DNA of 64,000 nt from Heteronotia binoei (taxonomy: Eukaryota). The notes below the pieces were generated by a model. That model ran no database searches. It saw nothing but the letters and a program-made list of their open reading frames with translations, and had not been told where the DNA came from. Shown here piece after piece: positions 1-11,195 of this stretch. Made by a program: the position numbers and the translations under genes. The stretch spans positions 83,700,001-83,764,000 of the forward strand of contig NC_083230.1 in the NCBI RefSeq assembly GCF_032191835.1, given 5' to 3'. Within the stretch, counting starts at the first letter, position 1; the number at the start of each line of letters is the position of its first letter.

Positions 1-46
1 CCTCCTCAGGCTCCACCCTCAAAATATCCCAAGTATATCTCACCCC

Positions 47-262
47 TAGGCTTGCCAGGTCTGGATTGGGAAATACCTGGAGATTTTGGGGGTGGAGCCT
101 GAGGAGGGCAGAGTTTGGGAATGGGGAGGGACTTAAATGGAGTCTAATATCATAGAGTCCACCTTCCAAAGCATTTTCTCCAGGTGAACAGATATATATT
201 GCTTAGAAATGAGTGGTAATAGTGGAAGAGCTCTAGCCATTTCCTGGAGATTGACAACCCTA
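47..262. mobile_element. hAT-type MITE, TAGGGTTGCCA family
   Basis: Degenerate TIRs TAGGCTTGCCA / TGACAACCCTA and internal similarity to other copies in the window. Confidence 0.75.
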
Positions 263-459
263 TGTTCCTTGTATAGACTTGCCTTTGAAGGTTTCTCAAG
301 CACTCCAAAATCTTGCAGTGCTTGACAGTGAAGGTGTCACAGTGAACATATTATGTCTCTCTTGGATGATTTACAAAGACTTCCTGTTTTCAGGACAATT
401 CAAAACTGTGTTTGACCTAGGAAGTGCTTAAGGTTTGATTTATATGAATCTGCCAGTTC

Positions 460-760
460 ACTGAGGTCCTCTCTGAAGACCTCTGGGTCCTCCTGGTGCT
501 AGAAATGAGAGAGAGGGCCTTCTTGTGGCACCACATTCTGGGAATACTCTCCCTGGGTTTTGCTGGGGCCTTCACTGTTGTCATTTAGACACCAAGTAAA
601 GATCTTTTTGTTCCAGACTGCTTTTGATCCATTTTGCTATTTTTTATGACTGTGGTGGTTGTTTAGTTTTATTTTCTGTTGATGTCTGCCTGGAGATGTG
701 TCCTTTAAAAAATTAATTTGAAAAATGTCATTTGATAATGCTGAGATTTATTTGAATTGT
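460..760 (+). mobile_element. Old L2 LINE 3' fragment
   Basis: Degenerate L2 ORF2-end motif (gagagggccttctt...tgggaatactctccc...tcatttag) followed by an AT-rich tail. Confidence 0.45.
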
Positions 761-963
761 TAGCCTTGAACAAAAAACAACAACTTGGAATGAAGTATAT
801 TGGCAAATAATCTTGATAAATAAAACAAATTGTTCATGAGCCAACTGCACATGGCATAGTGACAAAATGTTTAGTTCCACTCCGTGGGCCTTTTCTTGCT
901 AGGAACTTTGCACCTGATACTTAAATAAGGTAATATTTTGGTTATGTGGTAGCTGGACAATGT

Positions 964-1140
964 AGAAGAAGAAGAGAGATTGGATTTGTACCCTGCCCTT
1001 TGCTACCCAAACGAATCAGAGCGGCTTACAATCGCCTTCCCCTTCCCACAACAGACATCCTGTGAGGTAGGTGGGGCTAAAAGCTCTAACAGAAACTATT
1101 CTTTCCAGAACAGCCTCTGACAGATAGATCCAAGTGGGCA
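964..1140 (-). mobile_element. tRNA-derived squamate SINE (Squam3-like), 3' part
   Basis: Reverse complement of the 30228-30504 family, with (TTC)n tail and ctcacagg core. Confidence 0.75.
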
Positions 1141-1500
1141 GTCGTGTTGGTCTGAAGCAGTAGAACTGACTAGGAGTCAAGTGCGCCTTTAAGACCAACA
1201 AAGATTGACAGAATGTGTAAAGACAGAATCTCTTTATTCAGAATGTAAGCTTTCATATGCATGCATACTTCTTCAAACGAGGGGATGGGGTACAGTGAAC
1301 TGAAATGCATATAGCTGGTGGGTTAAGAAAGTAAACTGATAAAAAGTTAGGGTCAGATGGAAAAATAGTGTAATAAATTGGAAGACCATTTGGTCTGTAT
1401 AGCATTTGCGTGGAAACCAATAAAAAGTAATAAAAGTTGCCTGTTAATTGCTTTTGCTACAAGTCTAGGTAAAACAAAAGGACATATATTTCCTAGTGAT
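1140..1500 (-). mobile_element. Penelope-like element fragment with degenerate hammerhead
   Basis: ctttaagaccaac...tttattcagaatgtaagctttc pattern of PLE ends. The minus strand reads TTGAAGA-stem-GAAAGCTTAC. Confidence 0.55.
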
Positions 1501-1994
1501 GTTCTTGTCTTCATTTTAAATTATATATAGAACGATGTTAAAAATAATTTGTTTCCCACACAAATGCTATACATTCTTGTTATTCCTCTCCTCAGGTCTT
1601 TACATGGATTCTCATGTTCACTGCACCAGAGCGCTTCCAAACAGAAGGGTCTCGAAGTGTCAGGTGCCCAAACTCAGTTACACAGACATCTACACAAAGA
1701 CTCTAGGCAGGTCACCTCTGCTTCAAACAGACTGATGGCATAATGCACAGCAACTGTAGCACTAAAACAGCTCTGTTGTTGTTCTTAACTATTCAGTTGT
1801 GTCTGACTCTTGGGGATTCTACGGGCCAGCTCTCTCCATGTTTTCTGATGTCTGAGTCATTCCATGCGCAGACTGGTGTCCCATGCTAGTTGGTGCTTCT
1901 TCTGGGAGGTCATCCTCCCTGTAGGCCAACAGTTGGAAATTTGTAGGGGTAGTGTCTGTGGAAGGTAGGGTTTAGGGAGGGGAAAGGGACTTAA

Positions 1995-2218
1995 TAAGGA
2001 TGTCAGCCTCCAGGTGGGACCTGAGGGTCCCTTGGAATTACAGCTGTTTTCCAGACTGCAAAGATCAGTTCCCCTGGAGGAAATCACAGCTCTGGAGTGT
2101 GGGCTGTATGCCCTTATACCCTGCTGAGGTCTCTCCCCTCCCTAACCCCTGCCTTCTCCAGGCTCCACCCCCACCCCCAAATCTTCAGGAATTTCCTAGT
2201 CTTTAGTTGGTAACCTTA
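1995..2218. mobile_element. hAT-type MITE, TAGGGTTGCCA family
   Basis: Internal cagttcccctggag...aggctccacccc core and degenerate TIRs. Partial copies lie at about 1930-1994 and 2426-2490. Confidence 0.75.
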
Positions 2219-3356
2219 TCTTACCTTATTCTCCTTCCTGTTTCCTCTTAGCTTAGGCTTTGTTTAAACATCATACTGGCCAGATAAAATGCACTTCCAT
2301 ACAAGTTACCCTGCAAGGCAGCAATGCATACTTACCATGCCCTACACACATGCAACAGGAGCTGGTAGAATGGATTGTACCACTTCAGACTGTAGGTGGC
2401 AACAGTGTTGTTTTGTATGCTCCCTATGGTTACCAACCTCAAGATAGGGCCCCATATCCAGACTTCAGAGATCAGTTTCCCTGTGCTAGCTGAGAATAGT
2501 AATGTTGTAGAAGTTTTTTTAAAAAAAGATTTCTCACCTGCAGTCTGAAGTAGTACAGTCCTAACACCTCAGCTCTCTCTGGTACCTAATTTTGCTGGCT
2601 GTTTAGAGTTCTACACAAACACAGTTATGTAGCTGCTGTCAGTCCCTTCCCCCTCCCTCTCCTGCCTTTTGGATACACTCTGCTTACCATAAAACTACTC
2701 CCATATTTTCTTTTCTGGACTATCATGATATGACAAGTGACTGGTCACCAATCCCCTGGCCGATCTGAAATCCTTTCTATTGTCCAAGCCTGTCCTTTCT
2801 GCTCACTTTGTAGTTTGTAGTTTGGATCCAAAGGTCCCTTGCAAATCACAGAGGAATCTTCTGTGGATGAAAGGAGTCATGCATTTACAGAAAACTTTCT
2901 GTGAACACCATCTTTCCACCATCTGAAGGCTCCCTCTATGAGCAAACACTGCCCATGGATTAAAAGACACTTTTAGATAACATTCCACGTATCGGAAAAG
3001 TGAGATTGGAAGTGGTCTTGAGAACATTTAAATTACGGTACCTGTCAAATGGAAACTTTATGGAATAAATAAGTATTGGGATAGGAATGCATTTGTAGGG
3101 ATGGCTCCTAGAAAGAATGGAAATATTTATTTGTGGTTCACAAGCTCGCTGGCAAAAATAGGCTTTCAGCTCTGCCTTCCATTTAGGTGGGAGATACATT
3201 GCATCAGGAATTCATACCCATGTAAAGACCATAAAGAGAGAGAAGGAAATTGTTTCCTCTGTTGAATAAAGGATGATGATGACAATGACAGACGTTTGCC
3301 CAAAGGCTCTCTCATGGATGGACTTTGAATAAGGCACAAAAATAAAATAAAATTTA

Positions 3357-4562
3357 ACGTAAGAGTATAAGAGAAGCCATGTTGGATCATATGAACATAT
3401 GAAGCTGCCTTCTACTGAATCAGACCTTTGGTCCATCAAAGTCAGTATTGTCTTCTCAGACTGGCAGCAGCTCTCCAGGGTCTCAAGCTGAGGTTTTTCA
3501 CACCTATTTGCCTGGACCCTTTTTTAGTTGGAGATGCCGAGGATTGAACCTGGGACCTTCTGCTTCCCAAGCAGATGCTCTACCTCTGAGCCACCGTCCC
3601 TCCCTCAGGCCAGTGGCCTCCGTCAGGCCAGTGGCCCATCCAGTCCCACACTCTGTGTCACACAGTGGCCAAAAAAACCAGGCACCATCAGGAGGTCCAT
3701 CAGTGGGGCGAGGACGCTAGAAACCCTACCACTGTTGCCCCTCCAAACACCAAGAATACAGAGCATCACTGCCCCAGAGTTCCAACAATACGCTGTGGCT
3801 AATAGCCACTGATGGACCTTTGCTCTAGATGTTGATCCAGTCCCCTCTTGAAGCTGTCTATGCTTGCAGCCGCCGCCACCTCCTGTGGCAGTAAATTCCA
3901 TGTGTTAATCACCCTTTGGGTGAAGAAGTACTTCCTTTTATCAGTTCTAACCGAACTGCTCAGCAATTTCATTGAATGTCCACAAATTCTCATATTGTGA
4001 GAAAGGGAGAAAAGTACTTCTTTCTCTACCTTCTCTATCCCATGCATAAATGTGTAAACCTCTATCATGTCACCCCTCAGTCAACATTTCTCCAAACTGA
4101 AGAGCCCCAAGCGTTTTAACCTTTCTTCATAGGGAAAGTGTTCCAACCCTTTAATCATTCTAGTTGCCCTTTTCTGTACTTTTCCCAGTGCTATAATATC
4201 TTTTTTGAGGTGCGGTGACCAGAATTGTACGCAGTGTTCCAAATGAGGCTGCACCTTCGATTTATACAGGGGCATTATGATACTGGATGATTTGTTTTCA
4301 ATTCCCTTCCTAATAATTCCCAGCATAGAATTGGCCTTTTTTATTGCAGTCGCACACTGTCTTGACATTTTCAGTGAGTTATCTACCACTACTCCAAGAT
4401 CTCCGTCTTGGTCAGTTTCCGTCAGTTCACACCCCATCAACTTGTATTTATAGTTAGGATTTTTGGCTCCAATGTGTATTACTTTGCACTTGGTCACGTT
4501 GAACCTCATTTGCCATGTTGACGCCCACTCGCCCAGCCTCGACAGATCCCTTTGGAGTGCCT
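3357..4562 (-). mobile_element. CR1 LINE 3' fragment (ORF2 C-terminus plus 3' UTR), interrupted by a SINE at 3388-3604
   Basis: ORFs 4081-4509 (FNVTKCKVIH...VQFWSPHLKKDI...LGLFSLEK) and 3799-4068 (MIEVY...KYFFTQRVINTWN) are CR1 post-RT sequence. The antisense CR1 tail taagagaagccatgttggatc is present. Confidence 0.93.
3388..3604 (-). mobile_element. tRNA-derived SINE with CR1-like tail
   Basis: Antisense tRNA head (ggattgaacctgggacc...ctgagcc) and (catatgaa) tail. A related sense copy lies at about 48325-48490. Confidence 0.8.
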
Positions 4563-4659
4563 CACAATACTCTCTGTTCTCACCATCCTGATCAGAGAGA
4601 GAAATTTATTTCAGCAGCCAACACTCAGAACAAAGATATAGTGAGCATACCCAGAAGTA

Positions 4660-4880
4660 AGAAGACCTTTGTTGGATTAGACCAATGGCCTGTCTTTTCC
4701 AACCTCGTTTTCCAACAGTGGCCACCCAGATGCTTGCAGGAAGCCCTCAACCAAGACATAAAGGCAACTTCTTCCCAACATCTGATATTTGGAGATGTAC
4801 TGCTTCCTACACAGAGCTTACATTTAGTGATTGGCTAATACTCACCAATAGGGATGAATCTGGCAATGTTTGTAGACTCA
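4660..4880 (-). mobile_element. Older CR1 3' UTR fragment
   Basis: taagaagacctttgttggattagaccaatggcc tail motif similar to the other CR1 ends. Confidence 0.6.
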
Positions 4881-5354
4881 TCCCCAATCCTGCTGTTTCT
4901 AGTGGAAGCAAATTTCACTGAAATTTTTGTAACTAACTACCACTTCATCTGCTTAGTATCATGATTTTTAGATATGCCCCTCCTCCCGTGCCCTGTAACA
5001 AAAATAATAAGCTCCTGTGGGAATATGTAATAGGTAGAACCAAAGTTTTAACTTTTCTCTTGACATTTTGATGGATGGCTTTGCATGCTGGGCCTATTTT
5101 CTCTGACTTTGTCTTATTCTTATGTGTTCTATCAGTTTTTCTTTTTAAAACAATATTTATGATTGCACAACTCACATGAAGTAGTTTTGGGAAAAGAAAA
5201 GGTGTTTTAGGGGGAGGGTTGCAGTGTGGCTGATCTTCAAGGAGTGGTTGATCTTCAAGGAAGAAGCAGTTTCCAGCTTCTTTTTAAGGTTGAATCACAT
5301 ATTAGGAGATCCAATTATGGATTCCCAGAATCACATTTAGTTTGACCCTGAGTT

Positions 5355-5475
5355 TTCATGACAGATAAATTAGTTTCCCCCTGCATAGATGTCTTCTACA
5401 AAATACATGATACAAAATACAAAATTCATGACAGATAAATTAGTTTCCCCCTGCATAGATGTCTTCTACAAAATA
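5355..5475. repeat. Perfect 51-bp direct duplication (5355-5405, 5425-5475) with a 19-bp spacer
   Basis: TTCATGACAGATAAATTAGTTTCCCCCTGCATAGATGTCTTCTACAAAATA occurs twice, identical. Confidence 0.95.
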
Positions 5476-5735
5476 ATTAGATATGTGTCTGTTTAAGGCT
5501 ATCCTTAGTATCAAATGAGTGCATGTATTGAGATTTAAGTCAGGTCATCTATTTTATGTATGAATGATGAAAACTTGTCTTTTCAGTGCTGCGTTATAAG
5601 GTACTTGGCAACTTCTATGGCATTCTAAATACCTTCCAGTAGAAATACAGGGCTGCTTCAAACATTTTCCTACAATGATATAAGGCCCATGAAAGGGAAA
5701 AGTGTGTATTCATTGTCGAGTGTTTCCATGTTAGC

Positions 5736-5945
5736 TAGGGTTGCCAACCTCCAGATGGGGCCTATGTCCTGAAATTACAACTGATCTTCAAACTAGAGAG
5801 CAGTTCCCCTGGAGAAAGTGGCTGTCTTGGAGGGTGGGTCTATATGACATTACGCTCTGCTGAGGCCCCTCCCATCAACATACCCTGCTCTCTTTAGGCT
5901 CCACCCTCAAATCTCCAGGAATTTCCCAAACCACAGTTTGCAGTT
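5736..5945. mobile_element. hAT-type MITE, TAGGGTTGCCA family
   Basis: TIR TAGGGTTGCCA at 5736 and family core. The right end is decayed. Confidence 0.8.
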
Positions 5946-7362
5946 GGATTACTTTTGTCCTGTTTCATTCATCAGGACAATTTTGGTCCTTGCCATTTCA
6001 GAATTATTCTTTGATTGCTTCTCTTTTATAAGTATTTCTTGCTCCCAGAACTGTGGGTAAAGTTTTGGTTGTTTTGTTTTCAGTTTCTTAATAAAGGCCG
6101 AATTTGCACAATGGCTCCCATGCATCCCTCAATAAATGTGCAAAAAGAAAAGCAGGCTGGGAGGATAGTACTTTGAGACAGGGTGAGGAAGCAGCCAGGT
6201 CTAGCATTTGCTAAAAGGAGTTTGCCAACAAAATTAGATTTCTGGTTGCATAGTTGCAGAGGGGGGGATGAATTTGGTGGTGGAGCTGGGCATCTTCAAA
6301 CAAGTTATGTATAAAAAGAGACTAAGATGCCTATGAGGCCACTCTTCTGTTCAGATAACTGTATGCGCCTAGCTGCAGCTGAGAGCTCTGTAAAACACAA
6401 TTCTAGTAATAAAATGCGCATTTATGAAAAAAGGATAAGAATGTGCACAATTTTAATCTATGGCAATGGTACGTTTATTTTTCTCTCATCCCGTTTTTTT
6501 CATTCACAGTTTTTGACAAGATATGGAATTTCAGCATGGTTTCCCATATGTTAAAATTCCCCCATCTTTTGGCCATCAAGTTGTAGGGTTTTTGTTAAAT
6601 ACTGGGCTCTTGCGTAGTGATTAAAGCTCTTTATTAGTGATTCAGCATGTCTACTAAGTGACTACTACTAGAAACCAAGTCCCCAAGGAGCAGAAACTCT
6701 TATGTGAGTGTGCCTTTTTTGGATCCTTCATTAGAATACACATCTTCATTGGCAGATCCTAGGATCCTCTGATCTTGCCTCCTGATCGGCCAGTTTGAAT
6801 TATGCAGCCAATCGAGATGCAGATCTTTGGATCCTCTCAGTCGATCGTGTTGCACCTCAAGCTCAGGACACTAAACCCAACATGTCCAGGCATGCCTTAA
6901 CATACATAATAGTTTTCAAGGCAACTGAAGAACAGAGGTGATTTGCCATTGCTAGAGGCTTGGACTAGCCTCCATCTATGTACCAAACTGTATATACAAT
7001 TTTAGAAAGCAAAATAATAGTATAAAAGGGATACAAAAAGCAGAAGAGGGATTATGCAACATAATTGTTTACATCAAGGATAATTATATATTACAGAGTG
7101 TATAGAACAGAAAATATTTATCTTCATCATCCCCTTCATTATAAGACATTATCTATAAATTACAATGCTCCTTACTTCTGTTAGGATACTTTTATATTAA
7201 ACATTTTTTAATTTCAGTTTTCATAACTGATCTATTTTGCAACTACATTATTAGTTTCCTTGTTACCTCATTTTAAATATTACTTATTTTGCCATTTCTG
7301 CATACTCACTATAACTTTTAATATATCAAAGTACAAAGGAAAGTCTATTATATATTTCATAA

Positions 7363-8137
7363 TGTGGTGGGCCGGTCCTGCTAGCTGGCCCTGCCCAGTA
7401 TATTGACCTGAAAGGGCTGTTCCACTTTGCTGCCTCAGGATATTCGCTGCCACCACTGGCCTTGTCTGGGGCTCTAGTTAGGCAGGACAGCCTCCTAACC
7501 TCCCTCTGGACTCACTAGGAACCCTGCTCAGGGCTTTCCAAGGAATTTTGGGGCTCCCCTGGACAGCTGGCAACCAGCTCTTTCATCACCTCTCCACCCT
7601 AGGGATTCCCCAACCCACTCCTAGCATTTAGGGGAACTATGTGGCACAGAGGGACTCAAGATTATAACAAAGAAAATATTTATTTACATTATATAACATT
7701 ATATTATATACAGGCATTTCAAAAAGTGAACAGAAGAAACAAATCATAGTAGGAAAAAATGCTGAGTCTCTCTCTGTTCTAGTACTTGCCCTGACTGGAT
7801 GTCATGCAGGGCAGGCACTTCACTTAGATTGTTGCAAGCCTGACCATACCTTCCTGAGTCTATCGGAACTCCAAGACTGAACTCAACTGACTGAACTCCC
7901 AGCTTCCCACCCAAAATCTCCTGTATAAAATCCAGTTCCCATCCTGGAACTGGTTTACTTTTCTTGCAGCATTCTGGGAGACAGGCCTCAAGAACTTCCT
8001 GTCTCTGTAGGAGCAACCCCCCCAGAATTGCTGGTTCCAGGCAGGAGGAAGAGACTAGGCCAAAGCCTAACTAGAGTTTGATGGCCTCTTCCTGCCAACT
8101 CCCAGATAACTGTAGCCTAAAATGGCGTTTCTGCATA
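7363..8137. mobile_element. Solo LTR (Gypsy or ERV type), 775 bp
   Basis: Starts TGTG, ends GCATA (one transition from GCACA), flanked by a perfect 5-bp TSD CATAA (7358-7362, 8138-8142). It is more GC-rich than the surrounding L1 UTR. Confidence 0.65.
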
Positions 8138-8298
8138 CATAAAAAGAAAATGAAAGCTGTTTCTGCTAAAAATCCACTACCTTATACATTTATATTAAAA
8201 ACTTGTTCTCATTCTGCTTCTGCATTACAATACATTTATATACAATTTTTAAACTGTTTCTCATTCTAAATTTGTATTCTGCTTGCATAATACACACT

Positions 8299-8621
8299 TA
8301 GGGTTGCCAAGTCCAATTCAAGAAATATCTGGGGACTTTGGGGGCAGAGCCAGGAGACTTTGGGGATGGAGCCAAAGTCTTTACTTGATCTGAAAATGAA
8401 AGCAAAACAAAGGGAGGGGCCGTACTCCGAAGCCCTTCCTGTTTCCTGCTTCCTGCTCAGCCTTAAAGGCACATATTTTAAAAACGGACCTGCGGGACCT
8501 CTAAAACTACATGGTGATTGTGGGGGGGCGGGGCTTCCCCCACCGGCTAGCTGGCTGGGGGCGGGGAGAAGCCGGTAAAAATGGGGGATCCCCCGCTGGG
8601 ACCTGGGGATTGGGAAGCCTA
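8299..8621. mobile_element. hAT MITE (TAGGGTTGCCA TIR) with perfect 8-bp TSD TACACACT
   Basis: TSD at 8291-8298 and 8622-8629, TIRs TAGGGTTGCCA / TGGGAAGCCTA. Confidence 0.9.
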
Positions 8622-8633
8622 TACACACTCCGT

Positions 8634-9135
8634 TAGGGTTGCCAAGTCCAATTCAAGAAATATCTAGGGACTTTGGGGGTGGAGCCAGGAGACATTAGGG
8701 GTGGAGCCAAGATCAAGGCTGTGACAAGCATAATTGAACTCCAAAGGGAGTTCTGGCCATCACATTTAAAGGGATGGCACACCTTTTCAATTCCTTCCTT
8801 CCATAGGAAATAATGAAGGATAGGGGCACCTTTTATGGGGCTCATAAAATTGGACCCCCTGGTCCAATCTTTTTGAAACTTGGGGGGTATTTTGGGGAGA
8901 GGCACTAGATGCTATACTGAAAATTTGGTGCTTCTACCCCAAAAAACAGCCTCCCCAGAGCCCCAGATACCCGCGGATCAATTCTCCATGATTTTTTATG
9001 GGAATAAATCTCCATAGGGAATAATAGAGTTCCCAGCAGACATTTCCCTCCCCCCACTTTCTGACAACCCTGAAGCAGGGGGAGGGCCTCCAAACCGGGG
9101 GATCCCCTGCCCCCACCTGGGGATTGGCAACCCTA
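8634..9135. mobile_element. hAT MITE (TAGGGTTGCCA TIR) with TSD CACTCC(G/A)T
   Basis: Perfect TIRs TAGGGTTGCCA / TGGCAACCCTA, TSD at 8626-8633 and 9136-9143 (one CpG transition). Confidence 0.92.
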
Positions 9136-9581
9136 CACTCCATTGCTCCTCAAATTTTGTAATTGATCTTTTTCTCAGATAGGGTATTAATTTCACCATT
9201 ACTGCATAGTGGGCATGGGCACTCCACAAATTTGTTTTCCCATTCTTCTAAGCTTAGACAGACATCTAATTTTCATTTTGCTGCGTAGAGAATTCTAGCT
9301 GCTGTCACCATGTATTTTAATATCTCTTTAAAAAATTTTGGTAATTTATTAGGCAGTATACCTAATAGCATATTCTTAGCTTCCATAGGGAATTTAAATT
9401 TTAATATATTCTGTATTTTCCATGTATTTCCTTCCAATATCTTTTTGCTTTTTTACAAGTCCATCAGATATGATAAAAGGTTCCATCTATGACTTGACAA
9501 TTCCAGCATTTTCCTTCGTTGTTTTTGTCTACTTTCTCAATACCCTACCATCTAAAAAACATTTTGTACCCGTTTTATCTT

Positions 9582-10033
9582 CAGGGCCAGCGGGTCCCAA
9601 TAGGCCAGGAAGGTGACCGCCCAGGGTGCTACCTGACCTCAGGGGTTGCCAACGGATGCCCCGTCCCTGCACGCACCCTACCAGCGATGCCTCTTCCCCA
9701 CTGCTGCCACGCTCACCCCTGCTGCCCTCCTCTCCACCCCCCTGCGGGTGGGTGGGGGCAGCAGCAGTGGGGTTGGTGGGGAAGGGGCAGCAACGGGTGG
9801 ACTCAAAGGCACTCAGAGCCAGGCTCCAAGCACCTCTGAGCACGCCCACTACCCCACTGCCCCTGCTCAGCCTTCCTAGGTCTGTGCTTCCAAGCACAGA
9901 CTTGGGAAAGCTGAGCAGGAATGGTGTGCTCAGAGGTGCTCAGTACCTGCTGCCCTTACCCTTGCCACTGCAGGTGCAGGGGTTGGGGTTGGGGGGAGGG
10001 GGCCTAGGTTGCCAGAAACCCTGGCACCGGCCG
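9582..10033. mobile_element. GC-rich non-autonomous hAT element with internal 110-bp palindrome (9830-9939)
   Basis: Ends CAGGGCCAGC / GCACCGGCCG, TSD TTT(A/C)TCTT (9574-9581, 10034-10041). It interrupts L1 ORF2 between ALRE and WYKM. Confidence 0.7.
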
Positions 10034-10204
10034 TTTCTCTTAATGCCTTGCTGGCTGGCTGTAAACGTAATTTCTTTTTTCCCATAACTGTTCCCATTGA
10101 TGCATAACTATCTGCTCTCTAAAATTCTGCATCATACATTTCAACTTCTTCTGTTTCTAACTGAAGTAATGACATATATCCGTCGTAGTAAATGGTCTTT
10201 TTAT

Positions 10205-11195
10205 TATTATTAACTATTATTAAAAGTTTATTTATATTCTGCCCATTCCCTCATGGGGGCTCAGGGCGGAGCACAACATAGATAATAAAATCACAATAAA
10301 ATCATATATTTATAAAAATCAATGACAGTTATTCAATAAACAAAATAGCTCGGCAGAACAATTATGATGAGATGGTGCAGCTGGACAGTGCAGCGAATCA
10401 GTGCAGTAAGATATATGGTAGGATATACAGTAGGGGAGGCCAACCGATCTAATGGGCAGATGCCCGCTGCCTCACCCGAAGACCTGGTGGAACAGCTCCG
10501 TTTTACAGGTCCTACGAAAGTCTAGTAAGCCTGGTAGGGCCCGGATCTCTATAGGGAGCTGATTCCACCAGGTTGGGGACAGGACCAAAAAGGACCTGGC
10601 CCTGGTAGAGGCAAGATGGGCATCTCTTGGGCCAGGGACAGTCAGCCCATCTTGGGAGGCCGAACGAAGTGAGCTCCGGGGCATATACAGGAAGAGATGG
10701 TCCCGCAGGTATGCTGGTCCCAGGCCGCATAAGGCTTTGAAAGTCAAAATTAACACCTTGAAGCGGATATGGTACTCTATGGGCAGCCAGTGCAGGCCAA
10801 GGAGCACCGGCCGCATGCTCACCCATATAGGTGATGCAGTCAGCAGGCAGGCTGCCGCATTCTGCACCCGCTGTAGTTTCTGGATCAGCTTCAAGGGCAA
10901 GCCAGTGTAGAGCGAGTTACAGTAATCTAATCTGGAAGTGACCATTGCATGGGTCACTGTGGCCAAGTCTTGGGGAGAGATATATTGCGAGTTGCCTGAT
11001 CTGTGGAAGGCATACCTGGCAGCTGCTGCGACCTGGGCCTCCATGGAGAGTGAGACATCCAGGATCGCTCCCAAGCTCTTCACCTGTTGGGTTGGGAGCT
11101 GGGTACACAAACCCCCTCCCCTTCGACTCAGGCACAGGACCTCTATTTTAGTTGGATTTAACTTCAGTCAGCTCTGCTGTAGCTATCCTGCTACA
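10205..11195 (-). mobile_element. L2 LINE 3' fragment
   Basis: ORF 10472-11110 (VTSRLDYCNSLYTGLP..LQRVQNAAA..LHWLPIEYHIRFK) is L2 ORF2 C-terminus, with antisense L2 tail at 10205-10280. Confidence 0.92.

Noticed and set aside
2372-2561. 27-bp inverted repeat (2372-2398 / 2535-2561, 3 transitions)
   Set aside because: Best explained as a decayed palindromic element with a MITE fragment in its spacer. No functional argument.
9519-10087. Several 77-153 aa ORFs on both strands
   Set aside because: They lie inside a GC-rich non-autonomous hAT element, where low stop-codon frequency explains them. No transposase motif.
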